The notes below the pieces were generated by a model that saw nothing but the letters and a program-made list of their open reading frames with translations, was not told the origin of the DNA and ran no database searches. From Bacteroidales bacterium (GTDB taxonomy: Bacteria; Bacteroidota; Bacteroidia; Bacteroidales; UBA932), in contig JAEETP010000002.1 in NCBI GenBank assembly GCA_016290415.1, positions 6,949-70,948 of the forward strand: a DNA stretch of 64,000 nt, written 5' to 3'. Of the stretch, positions 1 through 9,386 are shown piece by piece. The position numbers and the translations under genes were made by a program. Within the stretch, counting starts at the first letter, position 1. Each line of letters opens with the position of its first letter.

Positions 1-1
1 G

Positions 2-310
2 ACCCGCTCTGCAGCAGAAGAGCAGCAGAACAAACTTATGCAGCGCCAGCAGAATCTGCAGAACGACGCAGCCAAGAAGGATGCCGAGATCCAGGAAGAG
101 CAGGCCGTGCTCAACAACCAGGTTTACTTTGCAGTGAAAGAGTTCATTGAGCGTTACAACGCAGAGCATCAGTACTCCCTGATCCTCACCACCAGCGGCG
201 TGACCAACACCGTGCTCAATGTCAACCCCGGTCTGGACATCACCTCCGACGTGCTCAAGGGCCTCAACGAGGAATACATCAAGAACCGCAACAACACTCC
301 CGAAGAGTAG
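2..310 (+). CDS. OmpH/Skp-family periplasmic chaperone, C-terminal part (5' end upstream of window)
   Basis: The frame is open from the window edge to TAG at 308-310. A Q/E/K-rich coiled-coil stretch is followed by YSLILTTSG...VLNVNPGLDITSDVLKGLN, a pattern I associate with Bacteroidetes OmpH C-termini. Confidence 0.5.
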   Translation, partial: TRSAAEEQQNKLMQRQQNLQNDAAKKDAEIQEEQAVLNNQVYFAVKEFIERYNAEHQYSLILTTSGVTNTVLNVNPGLDITSDVLKGLNEEYIKNRNNTPEE

Positions 311-331
311 CAGAATAATATCTTTTATACG

Positions 332-1285
332 ATGAGTGCAGTTACACATACCGAATTCGACTTCAGAGGCCAGAGCGGCAAGTATGTCGGCAAGGTGCGC
401 GATGTGTACACTATAGCCGACAAATATCTGGTGATGGTCGCCACCGACCGCATCAGCGCCTTTGACGTGATCCTGCCCGAGGGCATTCCCTACAAAGGCC
501 AGGTGCTGAACCAGATAGCATCGTCTTTCCTGGATCTGACAGAGGACATCGTTCCCAACTGGAAGATAGCCTCCCCCGACCCTATGGTCACGGTGGGCTA
601 CAAGTGCGAAGGACTCCCCGTGGAGATGATTGTAAGGCGCTGCCTCACCGGCAGTTCGTGGCGCAGCTACAAGGCCGGTGCAAGGGAAATCTGCGGCGTG
701 AAAATCCCCGACGGGATGCGCGAGCACCAGCGTTTTGAAACCCCCATCATCACCCCCACCACAAAGGCGGAGATAGGCGCTCACGACGAGGACATCAGCA
801 AAGAAGAGATAATTGCCCGCGGAATAATGAGCCGCGAAGACTACGAGAAGCTGGAAGATATCACCCTGAAGCTTTTCCTGCGCGGCGAAGAGATTGCCGC
901 AAGGCACAATCTGATGCTGGTGGACACCAAATATGAATTCGGATTCCTTAACGGCGAGTTGTGCCTGATGGACGAGATCCACACGCCCGATTCTTCCCGC
1001 TATTTCTATGCCGACACCTATCAGGAGCTGTTCGACAAGGGACTTCCCCAGAAGCAGCTCTCAAAGGAGTTTGTGCGCGAATGGCTTATGGAAAACGGCT
1101 TCTGCGGCAAGGATGGCCAGAAGGTGCCCGAGATGGACGCCGCACGCGTGAACGCCATCAGCGACCGCTATGTGGAGCTGTACGAAAAGATAACTGGCAA
1201 AGAGTTTGTAAAAGAGCCTTACGACAACATTTACGAGCGCATTGAGTGCAACGTAAAGAATATGCTTGCAAGACTCGAATTCTAA
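332..1285 (+). CDS. purC: phosphoribosylaminoimidazole-succinocarboxamide synthase (SAICAR synthetase)
   Basis: 317 aa. Carries GKVRDVY...DRISAFDV and LVDTKYEFG motifs typical of long-form PurC. Confidence 0.9.
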   Translation: MSAVTHTEFDFRGQSGKYVGKVRDVYTIADKYLVMVATDRISAFDVILPEGIPYKGQVLNQIASSFLDLTEDIVPNWKIASPDPMVTVGYKCEGLPVEMIVRRCLTGSSWRSYKAGAREICGVKIPDGMREHQRFETPIITPTTKAEIGAHDEDISKEEIIARGIMSREDYEKLEDITLKLFLRGEEIAARHNLMLVDTKYEFGFLNGELCLMDEIHTPDSSRYFYADTYQELFDKGLPQKQLSKEFVREWLMENGFCGKDGQKVPEMDAARVNAISDRYVELYEKITGKEFVKEPYDNIYERIECNVKNMLARLEF

Positions 1286-1296
1286 CCGATACGTTT

Positions 1297-3003
1297 ATGA
1301 AAAAAATCTGTGCCGCAATAGCTCTGACATTCGCGCTGCTGGCCGTTTCACCCGCAGCCGAGGCTCAGAAATTCATCCCTGCAGCGGTGGAAATTTCCAA
1401 AAGCGTTGCAGAGATTGACGGTCGCTCTTTCTACGTCCACACCGTGGAGGCAAGGCAGACCCTGTATTCTATATGTAAGGCATACGGTGCAGATTTGGAG
1501 GAGGTAAAGGAGATAAATGCCGGCAGGCTCACCGGAGGGCTCAAAGCGGGTTCACTGCTGCTGATTCCGGTGGCAGAAAAGAAGGCAGAAGAGGTTCCCG
1601 CCCCTGAAGTCAAAGAGACCCCTTCTCCCGCAACCGAAAGCAAGGTGTCCGACAGCAATGCCGAAGCACAGCCCACCGGCAAGTATGTCCTACACCGCGT
1701 AAAATGGTACGACTCCCTGCTGATGCTGGCCCTCAAGTATAAGGTGTCGCAGGAAGATATCGTAGCAGCGAACAACCTTGACTCCAAGACTCTGGTCGTG
1801 GGGCAGGTGCTCAGGATTCCCCTTGGCGGCGAAACGGACGCCGAAGTGGACGACAACACTATGATAGAGGTGCCTGAAGACGAGTTGTTTGAAGAGGAGA
1901 AAGAGAGTGAGAGCGAGTCTTCCGTCTCTATTGTAGACCCGGAAGACCCCGAACAGGACTGGAACTGGAAGCCGGTGTTCGTGCCTTTCGGCGGCACTGC
2001 CAACATCGCCCTGATCATCCCCATTGGAAGCCAGTTGCCCTCTCCGTCCGCCAACTTCCTGGACTTTTATGCCGGAGTGCTTACAGCCATAGACCAGCAG
2101 CGCAAAGACGGCACCAACATCAACCTGAAGGTGATTGATATGACCGACTTTGACAGCGCCGAGCAGCTTATGAAAGAGTCCAAACTGGACGATTTTGACT
2201 TCCTGATCGGCAACTTCTCTATGGAGAATGTGGAGGTTCCGGCCCACTGGTGCGACACCCGCCATATACCGCTCATTTCGCCGCTGGACCAGAAAGTGGA
2301 GGCCGCCACCTACAACCACCGCTATTTGATCAACGCCCCGGTCTCTCCCTCCACCCAGACTATGAGGATGGCCGAGTCCATAGGCTACCGTCCCGGCAAG
2401 GACAATGTGATAGTCCTGTGCGAGAAGGGCGACATCCAGAGCAAATTCTATTCTGACATTATTGCCAGCCTTGACTCCCTGGAAATCCCCTACACCGTGG
2501 TGCAGGCCGCTCTGGGCCGTGGAGAAAGCGTTCAGACCGCGCTGATACCCGGCAGGCGCAACCACGTGATAATCACCAGCGAGCGTGAGTCCTCCGCAGC
2601 CGATGCGCTGCGCAGCGTGGGCAATCTGGCAAAGAACGACGCTTACGACATCAGCGGCTACGCCAGCCACAAGATCCGCAAGTTCGAATCTATAGACGCC
2701 GATATGTACCAGCGTGCCAACACCCATTTTGTGATGGGGCACTATGTGGACTATGAAGACGAAGACGTCCGCGAGTTTGTGAACGCCTTCAGGGATACCT
2801 ACAACGCCGAGCCCGGCAACTTCGCATTCCAGGGCTATGACATTGGTATGTACTTCATTTCTGCGTTGAAACGCTACGGCAACGATATGATCAACCGCCT
2901 GAGCCTCTATCCTTCTGACGGGCTGCAGCTCAATTTCAAGTTTGACCGCCGCACCCCCACCGGAGGCGTGTTCAACGAGGGTACAAAGAACCTTCTGTAC
3001 TAA
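1297..3003 (+). CDS. LysM domain-containing periplasmic-binding-like protein with signal peptide
   Basis: I start at the internal ATG (MKKICAAIALTFALLAVSPAAEA signal peptide). There are two LysM-like segments (YVHTVEARQTLYSICKAYGADLEEVKEIN and YVLHRVKWYDSLLMLALKYKVSQEDIVAANNL). The C-terminal half resembles type-1 periplasmic binding proteins. Confidence 0.7.
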   Translation: MKKICAAIALTFALLAVSPAAEAQKFIPAAVEISKSVAEIDGRSFYVHTVEARQTLYSICKAYGADLEEVKEINAGRLTGGLKAGSLLLIPVAEKKAEEVPAPEVKETPSPATESKVSDSNAEAQPTGKYVLHRVKWYDSLLMLALKYKVSQEDIVAANNLDSKTLVVGQVLRIPLGGETDAEVDDNTMIEVPEDELFEEEKESESESSVSIVDPEDPEQDWNWKPVFVPFGGTANIALIIPIGSQLPSPSANFLDFYAGVLTAIDQQRKDGTNINLKVIDMTDFDSAEQLMKESKLDDFDFLIGNFSMENVEVPAHWCDTRHIPLISPLDQKVEAATYNHRYLINAPVSPSTQTMRMAESIGYRPGKDNVIVLCEKGDIQSKFYSDIIASLDSLEIPYTVVQAALGRGESVQTALIPGRRNHVIITSERESSAADALRSVGNLAKNDAYDISGYASHKIRKFESIDADMYQRANTHFVMGHYVDYEDEDVREFVNAFRDTYNAEPGNFAFQGYDIGMYFISALKRYGNDMINRLSLYPSDGLQLNFKFDRRTPTGGVFNEGTKNLLY

Positions 3004-3009
3004 TCTTTA

Positions 3010-4800
3010 TTATTTGATATAATCTGCCAGCCAGGCGCGTTCGGCGTCTGTGAGGTGGCTTTGCAGTGCATCATAGACACGCTTGTTATAGGCTTCCAGC
3101 CAGGCACGCTCTGCATCAGTGAGCAGGCTGAAATCCACCGCACGGCGGTCTATCGGCACCAGGGTAAGCGTCTCGAAACGATAGAAAGTGTTGTAGTCGC
3201 TCTTGGCGAAGGGAGACACCAATACCACGTTTTCTGTGCGGATGCCGTACTGCCCGTCTACATACACAGCCGGCTCGTCTGACATAATCATTCCTTCCTG
3301 CAGCGCGATGGGGCTGTATTCCATCCTGATCTGCGGGGATTCGTGCACGCACAGCCACTGCCCTATTCCGTGGGAAGTGCCGTGGAAGTACATCTTGCCG
3401 GTGCGGTACATAGGGCCGCGGGCAAGGATGTCCAGCTGGCAGCCGCGGGTGCCGGCCGGGAAAATAGCCTCGGCAAGGGCTATCATACCCTTCAAAACCA
3501 GCGTAAAGTCCTCTTTCTGAGCCGCCGTGGGCTCTTTTTCGCCCAGGAAGACGGTGCGGGTGGTGTCGGTGGTGCCGTAGGGATAGTGACTGCCGAGGTC
3601 CATCAGCAAAAAGCCGCCGCCTGCCACTCTGGCGCTGGAGGCCTCGTCGGTCACACTGTAGTGTGCGCTGGCTGCGTTGGCGTTCCAGGCCACTATCGGC
3701 TCAAAGCTCTCGCCCAGATAGTGGGCGCTGCCGCTCTTTATCTCAAGCAGCTTTTGGGTGATATTGTATTCGTTAAGGGAGCCGCTGCCATAATTGTCAT
3801 AAATGTATTTGAGCAGCCTGACCCAGCAGACACCGTCCTGCAAAAAGGCCTGCCGGAAGCCCTGCGCCTGAACCGGATTCTTGCAGGCGCGCAGCATAGC
3901 CACAGTCCCGCCCACCGTGGGGTCGGGCATCACGGCTTTGCCGCGGGAAAAGATTTTGTATTTGTTTATGGAGCAGCAGTTGTTGCTCACAATGCGTACC
4001 GCCTCTGCCGGGACGGCCTCCAGGGCGGCGTCTATCTCGCCGTAAGAGAGCACCTCAACCCCTTGGGAAGCCAGATAATCAGAAGCCTCCCCGGTAAGAC
4101 ACTCTTTGCGGCAGAACAGCTTTATGCCCTTGTTGTCCAGCAGACAATAAGAGAGCGTCACGGCGTTGTATTCTATGTCGCCGCCACGGATGTTCAGCAG
4201 CCACATAATCTCGTCGCAGGCACTCAAAAACAGGCAGAAAGGACCTTCTATGCCCAGATTTGAGACAACGTCCCTATACTTGTCGGAAACGCTGCGTCCT
4301 GCATATTCCTCTTTGTGCAGCAATATGGGGCTGTCGCCCAGCGAAGGACGGCCCGGCCAGAGGCTGTCAAACGGGTCGGAAAAGGTCTCCAGTGGCATCG
4401 GCGCCAACTCTTTGCAGAAGGCAAAGTAGTCGTCGTAGCTGAAAAGGTCGCCGTCTACACCCACCTTGTACTGCTCCGGAGCTATGCCGGAAGCCTTGCG
4501 GCAGGATTCAATCCACTGCGGGATGGAGGGCGTGCCGGGCATCTTGATCTTCATAAGCTCTATGCCCCTGCCCTTTATCTGGCGCTCCGCCTGCAGGAAA
4601 TATCTGGAATCGGTCCAGAGGGCCGCTTCTGTGAGAGTCACCACCAGGGTACCGGCGCTGCCGTCAAAGCCGCTGAGATATTCCCTTACCTTGAACCTTG
4701 CGGGCACATATTCGTCAAAGTGACAATCATTACTGGGAATGATTGTCACTTGAAAGCCCCTGGATGCCATCCAGGCGCGCAAAGAGGTCATCGGCTCCAT
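3010..4800 (-). CDS. pepP: Xaa-Pro aminopeptidase, M24B family
   Basis: Creatinase/prolidase-like N-terminal domains plus an M24 core (HGTSHGIG, SDEPAVY, GIRTEN). The start was moved to the ATG at 4798-4800, which overlaps the nagB stop by 1 nt. The longer track ORF would run antisense-free into nagB with an R/H-rich junk extension. Confidence 0.8.
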   Translation of the reverse strand: MEPMTSLRAWMASRGFQVTIIPSNDCHFDEYVPARFKVREYLSGFDGSAGTLVVTLTEAALWTDSRYFLQAERQIKGRGIELMKIKMPGTPSIPQWIESCRKASGIAPEQYKVGVDGDLFSYDDYFAFCKELAPMPLETFSDPFDSLWPGRPSLGDSPILLHKEEYAGRSVSDKYRDVVSNLGIEGPFCLFLSACDEIMWLLNIRGGDIEYNAVTLSYCLLDNKGIKLFCRKECLTGEASDYLASQGVEVLSYGEIDAALEAVPAEAVRIVSNNCCSINKYKIFSRGKAVMPDPTVGGTVAMLRACKNPVQAQGFRQAFLQDGVCWVRLLKYIYDNYGSGSLNEYNITQKLLEIKSGSAHYLGESFEPIVAWNANAASAHYSVTDEASSARVAGGGFLLMDLGSHYPYGTTDTTRTVFLGEKEPTAAQKEDFTLVLKGMIALAEAIFPAGTRGCQLDILARGPMYRTGKMYFHGTSHGIGQWLCVHESPQIRMEYSPIALQEGMIMSDEPAVYVDGQYGIRTENVVLVSPFAKSDYNTFYRFETLTLVPIDRRAVDFSLLTDAERAWLEAYNKRVYDALQSHLTDAERAWLADYIK

Positions 4801-5609
4801 TAAGCCAGATTTGCGGGATCCAGATTGTCGCGCTCGATGTCCTTGTAGTAGTTCACGGTGCCGACGCGGAGCTCTACGGTGGCTGCGTCGTCGCAAACTA
4901 TGATTCCGTGAGGATGAAGCTGCAGGATGGAGATGGTCCACATATGGTTGATGGACTCTTCCACTGCGTGGCGAAGGGCGCGGGCCTTGTTGTGGCCGTT
5001 GACCAGAATCAGCACTTCGTCTGCATCCATAACTGTGCCTACACCAACTGTGAGGGCCTTCTGAGGCACCTTGGTGGTGTCATAGCCAAAGAAACGGGAG
5101 TTGGCGATGATGGTGTCGGTGGTAAGGTCTTTTACGCGGGTGCGGGAGTTCAGTGAAGAACCGGGCTCGTTGAATGCGATGTGGCCGTCGGGGCCGATAC
5201 CGCCCATAAACAGGTTGATTCCGCCGTAAGATTTGATTTTCTCTTCGTACTTGTTGCACTCTGCCACCAGGTCGGGAGCGTTGCCGTCAAGAATGTTCAC
5301 GTTCTCTTCGGGAATGTCGATGTGGCTGAAGAAGTTGCTCCACATAAATGTGTAGTAGCTCTCGTCGTGGTCCTTGGGAAGGCCCACATATTCGTCCATA
5401 TTGAACGTAACCACATTCTGAAAAGAAACCTTACCCACGGAGCAGAGGTGAATGAGTTCTTTGTAGGTACCCAGAGGGGTGGAACCGGTAGGAAGACCCA
5501 GCACGAAAGGTCTCTCTTTCGTGGGGGCGAACTTGTTTATGGCGTTTGCGATGTAATTAGCCGCCCACTGCGACATTTTGCCATAAGAATCTTCGATGAT
5601 CAGTCTCAT
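4800..5609 (-). CDS. nagB: glucosamine-6-phosphate deaminase
   Basis: 269 aa. MRLIIED..., LGLPTGSTP and [15 protein letters not shown] are hallmark NagB motifs. Confidence 0.9.
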   Translation of the reverse strand: MRLIIEDSYGKMSQWAANYIANAINKFAPTKERPFVLGLPTGSTPLGTYKELIHLCSVGKVSFQNVVTFNMDEYVGLPKDHDESYYTFMWSNFFSHIDIPEENVNILDGNAPDLVAECNKYEEKIKSYGGINLFMGGIGPDGHIAFNEPGSSLNSRTRVKDLTTDTIIANSRFFGYDTTKVPQKALTVGVGTVMDADEVLILVNGHNKARALRHAVEESINHMWTISILQLHPHGIIVCDDAATVELRVGTVNYYKDIERDNLDPANLA

Positions 5610-5629
5610 AGTGTATTTGTTTTTAAAAT

Positions 5630-7234
5630 TTAGTTTGCCTCGTTTAAAAGTACCTGCGCGGCCGCCATTGCCTCTGCCGTAACGCTGCTGCCGCTTATCA
5701 TCCGGGCTATCTCGCCGACCCTCTCCTGCCCCTCCACGGGACGGATGCGGGATACTGCGCCTTCCGGGTTGTATTCTTTGTATACCAGATAATGGGCATC
5801 GCCCTTGGCCGCAACCTGCGGCAGATGGGTGATAGCTATCACCTGTATATCCTTGCTTATCTCCACTATCTTGCGCCCCATCTTGTCGGCCAGGCTGCCG
5901 CTGGTGCCGGTGTCAATCTCGTCGAAGATAACGGTGGGCAGCGCCTTGTGCCGGGCCAGGAGCGATTTTATGCAAAGCATTATGCGTGAGAGCTCTCCGC
6001 CGGACGCGTTCTGGGACAGGTCAGCAGCACGGCCGGACGCTGTGGAAGAGAACAGGAACACCGCATTCTCCGCCCCGTGGGCGGTGCGGTGCTTCTCCGG
6101 AACACATTCCACGCGGAACTGTGCCTGGGGTATCTCCAGCTCGCGGATGGCCTGCTGCAGATAGCTGGACAGCGGCTCCAGGGCCGCCATTCGCTTTGCG
6201 GTTAGCTGCGCAGCAAGGTCGGCGCAGATTCCGTCGGCCTTTGCCAGATCCTTTTCCAGAGTTGCCTCCTGCCCGGCCAGGTCGTCGGCCGACTGCAGCT
6301 GGCGGGCGTACTCATCACGCTTTTCAATCAGCTCCTCTACGCTGGCGGCATCGTTGCGGTGCATCAGGTCGTAGAGCTGCGCAATGCGGCTTTCTACCTG
6401 CTGCAGCGCCTGGGGCGAGGCGTCTATCTTCTCCTGGGAAGAATCCAGGGTATCGGAGATGTCCTTGATTTCTATCCTGCAAGACTCAATTCGGCCGGCA
6501 AGCTCTTCTGCCGCCGGGTAGCAGCCGGCTATCTTTTGCAGCGAGCGGCCCGCATCACGCAGTACCTGCTCCACAGACTGTTCGCCCATAGAGAGCGCCC
6601 CGGATGCCTGCACCAGAGTGTCCTTGATCTGCTCTGCGTTGGCCAGGGTTTTCTGCTTTTCCTCTATCTCTTCCAGTTCACCGCTCTTTAGGGCTGCCTC
6701 GCAAAGCTGCCCGTAGCGGAAGGTGATATAATCCCGCTCGCGGCTTGCCTGCTCTTTGAGAGCCCGGAGGTCTTTGAGGGATGCGTTCAGCGCAGTCCAA
6801 TTCTCAAAGGCCCGCCTGTAGTCCGCCAGCAGGGATTCGTTGCCGGCAAAACTGTCTACCACAGAGAGCCTGAAGGCATCGCTGCCCAGCAGCGCCTGGC
6901 TGTTCTGGGAGTGGATGTCGATCTGCTTTGACACCAGCTCGCGGAGAGCCTCCAGAGTGGCGGGTTCATCGTCTATGAAAGCCCTTGAACGCAACTGCGG
7001 CGTCACCACCCTGCGCACGATGTGGTCATCGAACTGGGCCTCCACAATGCAGTTACGGCTTTCATCGCCCTGCGCCGCCGGGTCAAACCTGCCGCCAAGC
7101 AGCAGTGACAGCGCTCCCAGCAATATTGACTTGCCGGCTCCGCTGTCACCCGTAATAATGACAAGATGCTCCGGAATATTTATATCCAGAACATCTATCA
7201 ATGCGTAGTTGCTGATGTAAAGCCGCTGAAGCAT
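5630..7234 (-). CDS. recN: DNA repair protein RecN
   Basis: N-terminal Walker A ([16 protein letters not shown]), a long coiled coil, and a C-terminal SMC signature/Walker B ([11 protein letters not shown]...VIFDEIDTG). Confidence 0.9.
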   Translation of the reverse strand: MLQRLYISNYALIDVLDINIPEHLVIITGDSGAGKSILLGALSLLLGGRFDPAAQGDESRNCIVEAQFDDHIVRRVVTPQLRSRAFIDDEPATLEALRELVSKQIDIHSQNSQALLGSDAFRLSVVDSFAGNESLLADYRRAFENWTALNASLKDLRALKEQASRERDYITFRYGQLCEAALKSGELEEIEEKQKTLANAEQIKDTLVQASGALSMGEQSVEQVLRDAGRSLQKIAGCYPAAEELAGRIESCRIEIKDISDTLDSSQEKIDASPQALQQVESRIAQLYDLMHRNDAASVEELIEKRDEYARQLQSADDLAGQEATLEKDLAKADGICADLAAQLTAKRMAALEPLSSYLQQAIRELEIPQAQFRVECVPEKHRTAHGAENAVFLFSSTASGRAADLSQNASGGELSRIMLCIKSLLARHKALPTVIFDEIDTGTSGSLADKMGRKIVEISKDIQVIAITHLPQVAAKGDAHYLVYKEYNPEGAVSRIRPVEGQERVGEIARMISGSSVTAEAMAAAQVLLNEAN

Positions 7235-7241
7235 CTATCGA

Positions 7242-7553
7242 CTACTCTGCCTTGCGATAGAAAATCTTGCCTTCGCGGAATTCTTCTGTTGCTACCAGCG
7301 TGGGCTTGGGCAGCTTCTCGTAATACTGGGAAATCTCTATCTGCTCGTGGTTCTCGCTGATTTCCTCAAGGGTGTCGGTGTAAGAAGAGAACTCTTCCAG
7401 ACGGTGGCTGAGCTCCTGCTTGATATCGGCGCTGATCTGATTTGCGCGCTTTGCGATAATCATCACAGACTCATAAATGTTGCCGGTGGGAGCTGCGAGC
7501 TCAGAAAGATCCCTTGTTACAGTGTTGTTGGTAATGTTCTTGTTGATTTCCAT
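7242..7553 (-). CDS. rpoZ: DNA-directed RNA polymerase subunit omega (Rpb6-like)
   Basis: 103 aa. Has an IYESVMIIAKRANQI core. The bamD-rpoZ-recN neighbourhood is typical of Bacteroidales. Confidence 0.65.
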   Translation of the reverse strand: MEINKNITNNTVTRDLSELAAPTGNIYESVMIIAKRANQISADIKQELSHRLEEFSSYTDTLEEISENHEQIEISQYYEKLPKPTLVATEEFREGKIFYRKAE

Positions 7554-7566
7554 ATATCTTGAATTA

Positions 7567-8370
7567 TTAATTTTCTTTCTTGATGATTTTGTTGACCCTC
7601 TTGTAGATGCCGTCCAGCTCTGCCTTGTATTTGCTCTGCGGGAACTCGCTCACAAAGTTGAAATAGTCGTCTATGAAGGTCATATAGCGCTCACGCTGCT
7701 TCTCGGGAACGCTGTTCAAGGCATATTTGTATCCCGCCATAGCGGTGTAGTAGAGAATATCCTCGCGGTACTGGTTGTCGGCGTCCTCTTTGAGGACATT
7801 TTTCAGCGCATAGTGGGCAGAGAGATAGTTCTCCATATGGTAGTAGAGCTTGGCGCCCTCGAAGGCCTTCTTGTCCAGACGCTCTTCCAGGTCGTCTTTC
7901 ATCACTTTGCAGAACTTGGCATAGTCGGTGCCGGGATTCTCTATGATGTACTTGTTTATGTAACTCAGAGCCACCATAGTGGGCTTCTGGTCAAGCTCGT
8001 AGCGGTAGGTAGAGCGATAGAGGCAGTCTATCATATAGAACTCCGCCTCTTTGGCAAACGGGCTCTGGGGGAATATCTGGATAAACTCGCCAAAGTTGCT
8101 CTGGGCGGTGGCAAAATCCTTAAGGTGATAGTTGCTCATACCCCAGTAGAAGCGCACGGTGTCCTCCTGGGGAGTTCCCTGGGCGTTCATAGCCACGTTT
8201 TCGAACAGTTGCGCAGCCTTGGTATATTTGCCCTCTTCGTAGAGTTTGAGGGCGGTACGGTACTTCTCGCCATAGTTATGGCTTTCCAGCAGCTTTTCGA
8301 ATTTTGAAGAGCAGCCGGCAGCCAGAGCCACAGCAACCAGCAGAACGAATATCAGGACTTTTTGCTTCAT
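7567..8370 (-). CDS. bamD: outer membrane protein assembly factor BamD (TPR lipoprotein)
   Basis: Start taken at MKQKVLIFVLLVAVALAAGCSS (lipobox). TPR-like repeats (YEEGKYTKAAQLFE, HLKDFATAQSNFGEFIQIFPQSPFAKEAEF). The start overlaps the trxB stop. Confidence 0.75.
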   Translation of the reverse strand: MKQKVLIFVLLVAVALAAGCSSKFEKLLESHNYGEKYRTALKLYEEGKYTKAAQLFENVAMNAQGTPQEDTVRFYWGMSNYHLKDFATAQSNFGEFIQIFPQSPFAKEAEFYMIDCLYRSTYRYELDQKPTMVALSYINKYIIENPGTDYAKFCKVMKDDLEERLDKKAFEGAKLYYHMENYLSAHYALKNVLKEDADNQYREDILYYTAMAGYKYALNSVPEKQRERYMTFIDDYFNFVSEFPQSKYKAELDGIYKRVNKIIKKEN

Positions 8371-9290
8371 ATTTCCTTCAAATACTTTTCGGCATCCATA
8401 GCCGCCTTGCAACCGCTTCCGGCAGCCACAACCGCCTGACGGTAGCGCGGGTCACAGACATCGCCGGCGGCGAACACGCCGGGACAGCTGGTGGCGCTGG
8501 TGCCGTCTTTCACAACGATATACCCTGCCGCGTCGGTCTCTACCCACTGCCTGAAGACATCGCTGTTGGGGTGATGGCCAATCGCCAGGAAGAATCCGTC
8601 GATTTTTATATCAAATATCTCGCCGCTCTTTTTCACCAGACGGGCGCCGGTGACGCCGCTTTCATCGCCCAGGACCTCCTGAGTCTGGCTTTCCCACAGA
8701 ATCTCGATATTCTCAGTTTCACGCACCTTCTGCTGCATTGCCTCGGTGGCGCGCAGCACGTCGCGGCGGACAATCATATAGACCTTGCGGCAAAGGCCGG
8801 CCAGATAGGTGGCCTCTTCGCAGGCGGTATCGCCGCCGCCCACCACGGCCACGTCTTTCTTGCGGTAGAAGAAGCCGTCGCAGGTGGCGCAGGCAGAAAC
8901 GCCCATACCGCGGAACTTGCGCTCGCTCTCCAGCCCCAGATATTTTGCAGAAGCGCCGGTGGCTATGATCACTGCGTCGGCCTCTATCTGCTGATTCTCG
9001 TCTATGGTGAGCACGAGGGGCCTGGCGCTGAAGTCTACATTAGTGACAGAGCCAAAGCGGATGTCACAGCCAAAACGCTGCGCCTGGGCGCGGAAAGATG
9101 CCATCATATGGTTTGCATCCACACCATCGGGGAAACCGGGATAGTTCTCGATTTCTGTGGTGGTGGTAAGCTGGCCGCCCGGCTGAAGGCCCTCGTACAG
9201 GACGGGTGCCAGACCCGCTCTGCCGGCATAAATCGCAGCCGTGTAACCCGCAGGGCCGCTGCCAATTATCAGACATTTTACTCTTTCCAT
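8367..9290 (-). CDS. trxB: thioredoxin-disulfide reductase
   Basis: GSGPAGYTAA FAD motif, redox-active CATCDG, and a GGGDTA NADPH motif. Confidence 0.9.
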   Translation of the reverse strand: MERVKCLIIGSGPAGYTAAIYAGRAGLAPVLYEGLQPGGQLTTTTEIENYPGFPDGVDANHMMASFRAQAQRFGCDIRFGSVTNVDFSARPLVLTIDENQQIEADAVIIATGASAKYLGLESERKFRGMGVSACATCDGFFYRKKDVAVVGGGDTACEEATYLAGLCRKVYMIVRRDVLRATEAMQQKVRETENIEILWESQTQEVLGDESGVTGARLVKKSGEIFDIKIDGFFLAIGHHPNSDVFRQWVETDAAGYIVVKDGTSATSCPGVFAAGDVCDPRYRQAVVAAGSGCKAAMDAEKYLKEI

Positions 9291-9386
9291 CGTGTGCGCG
9301 CAATATTATAAGTGCGCAAAGGTAGCAATTTTTCTTCAATGAACATTATTTTTGCACTTTGGTTGAGTTTTTTGTATATTTAAAGG

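Noticed and set aside
1690-2742. Long ORFs antisense to well-supported genes. Examples are 1690-2742, 3343-4263, 8304-9311, 9579-10412, 11513-12700, 13753-14496, 19359-20738, 22918-23673, 24353-25510, 30978-31793, 31899-33482 (527 aa), 36418-37536, 43947-45125, 45298-46464, 59612-60631 and 62450-63718.
   Set aside because: Each lies opposite a gene with clear family motifs. Their translations are R/G/A/H/V-rich with no motifs, as expected for stop-poor antisense frames in GC-rich DNA.
4801-4941. 5' extensions in the ORF track: pepP 4801-4941, bamD 8371-8412, purU 13216-13686, the PASTA gene 18828-18998, 34149-34244, the alpha-galactosidase-like gene 45561-45626, SusC 49854-49895, and 1246-1296.
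   Set aside because: The extensions overlap neighbouring genes or encode non-signal junk. Internal ATGs give proper signal peptides, lipoboxes or conserved N-termini.
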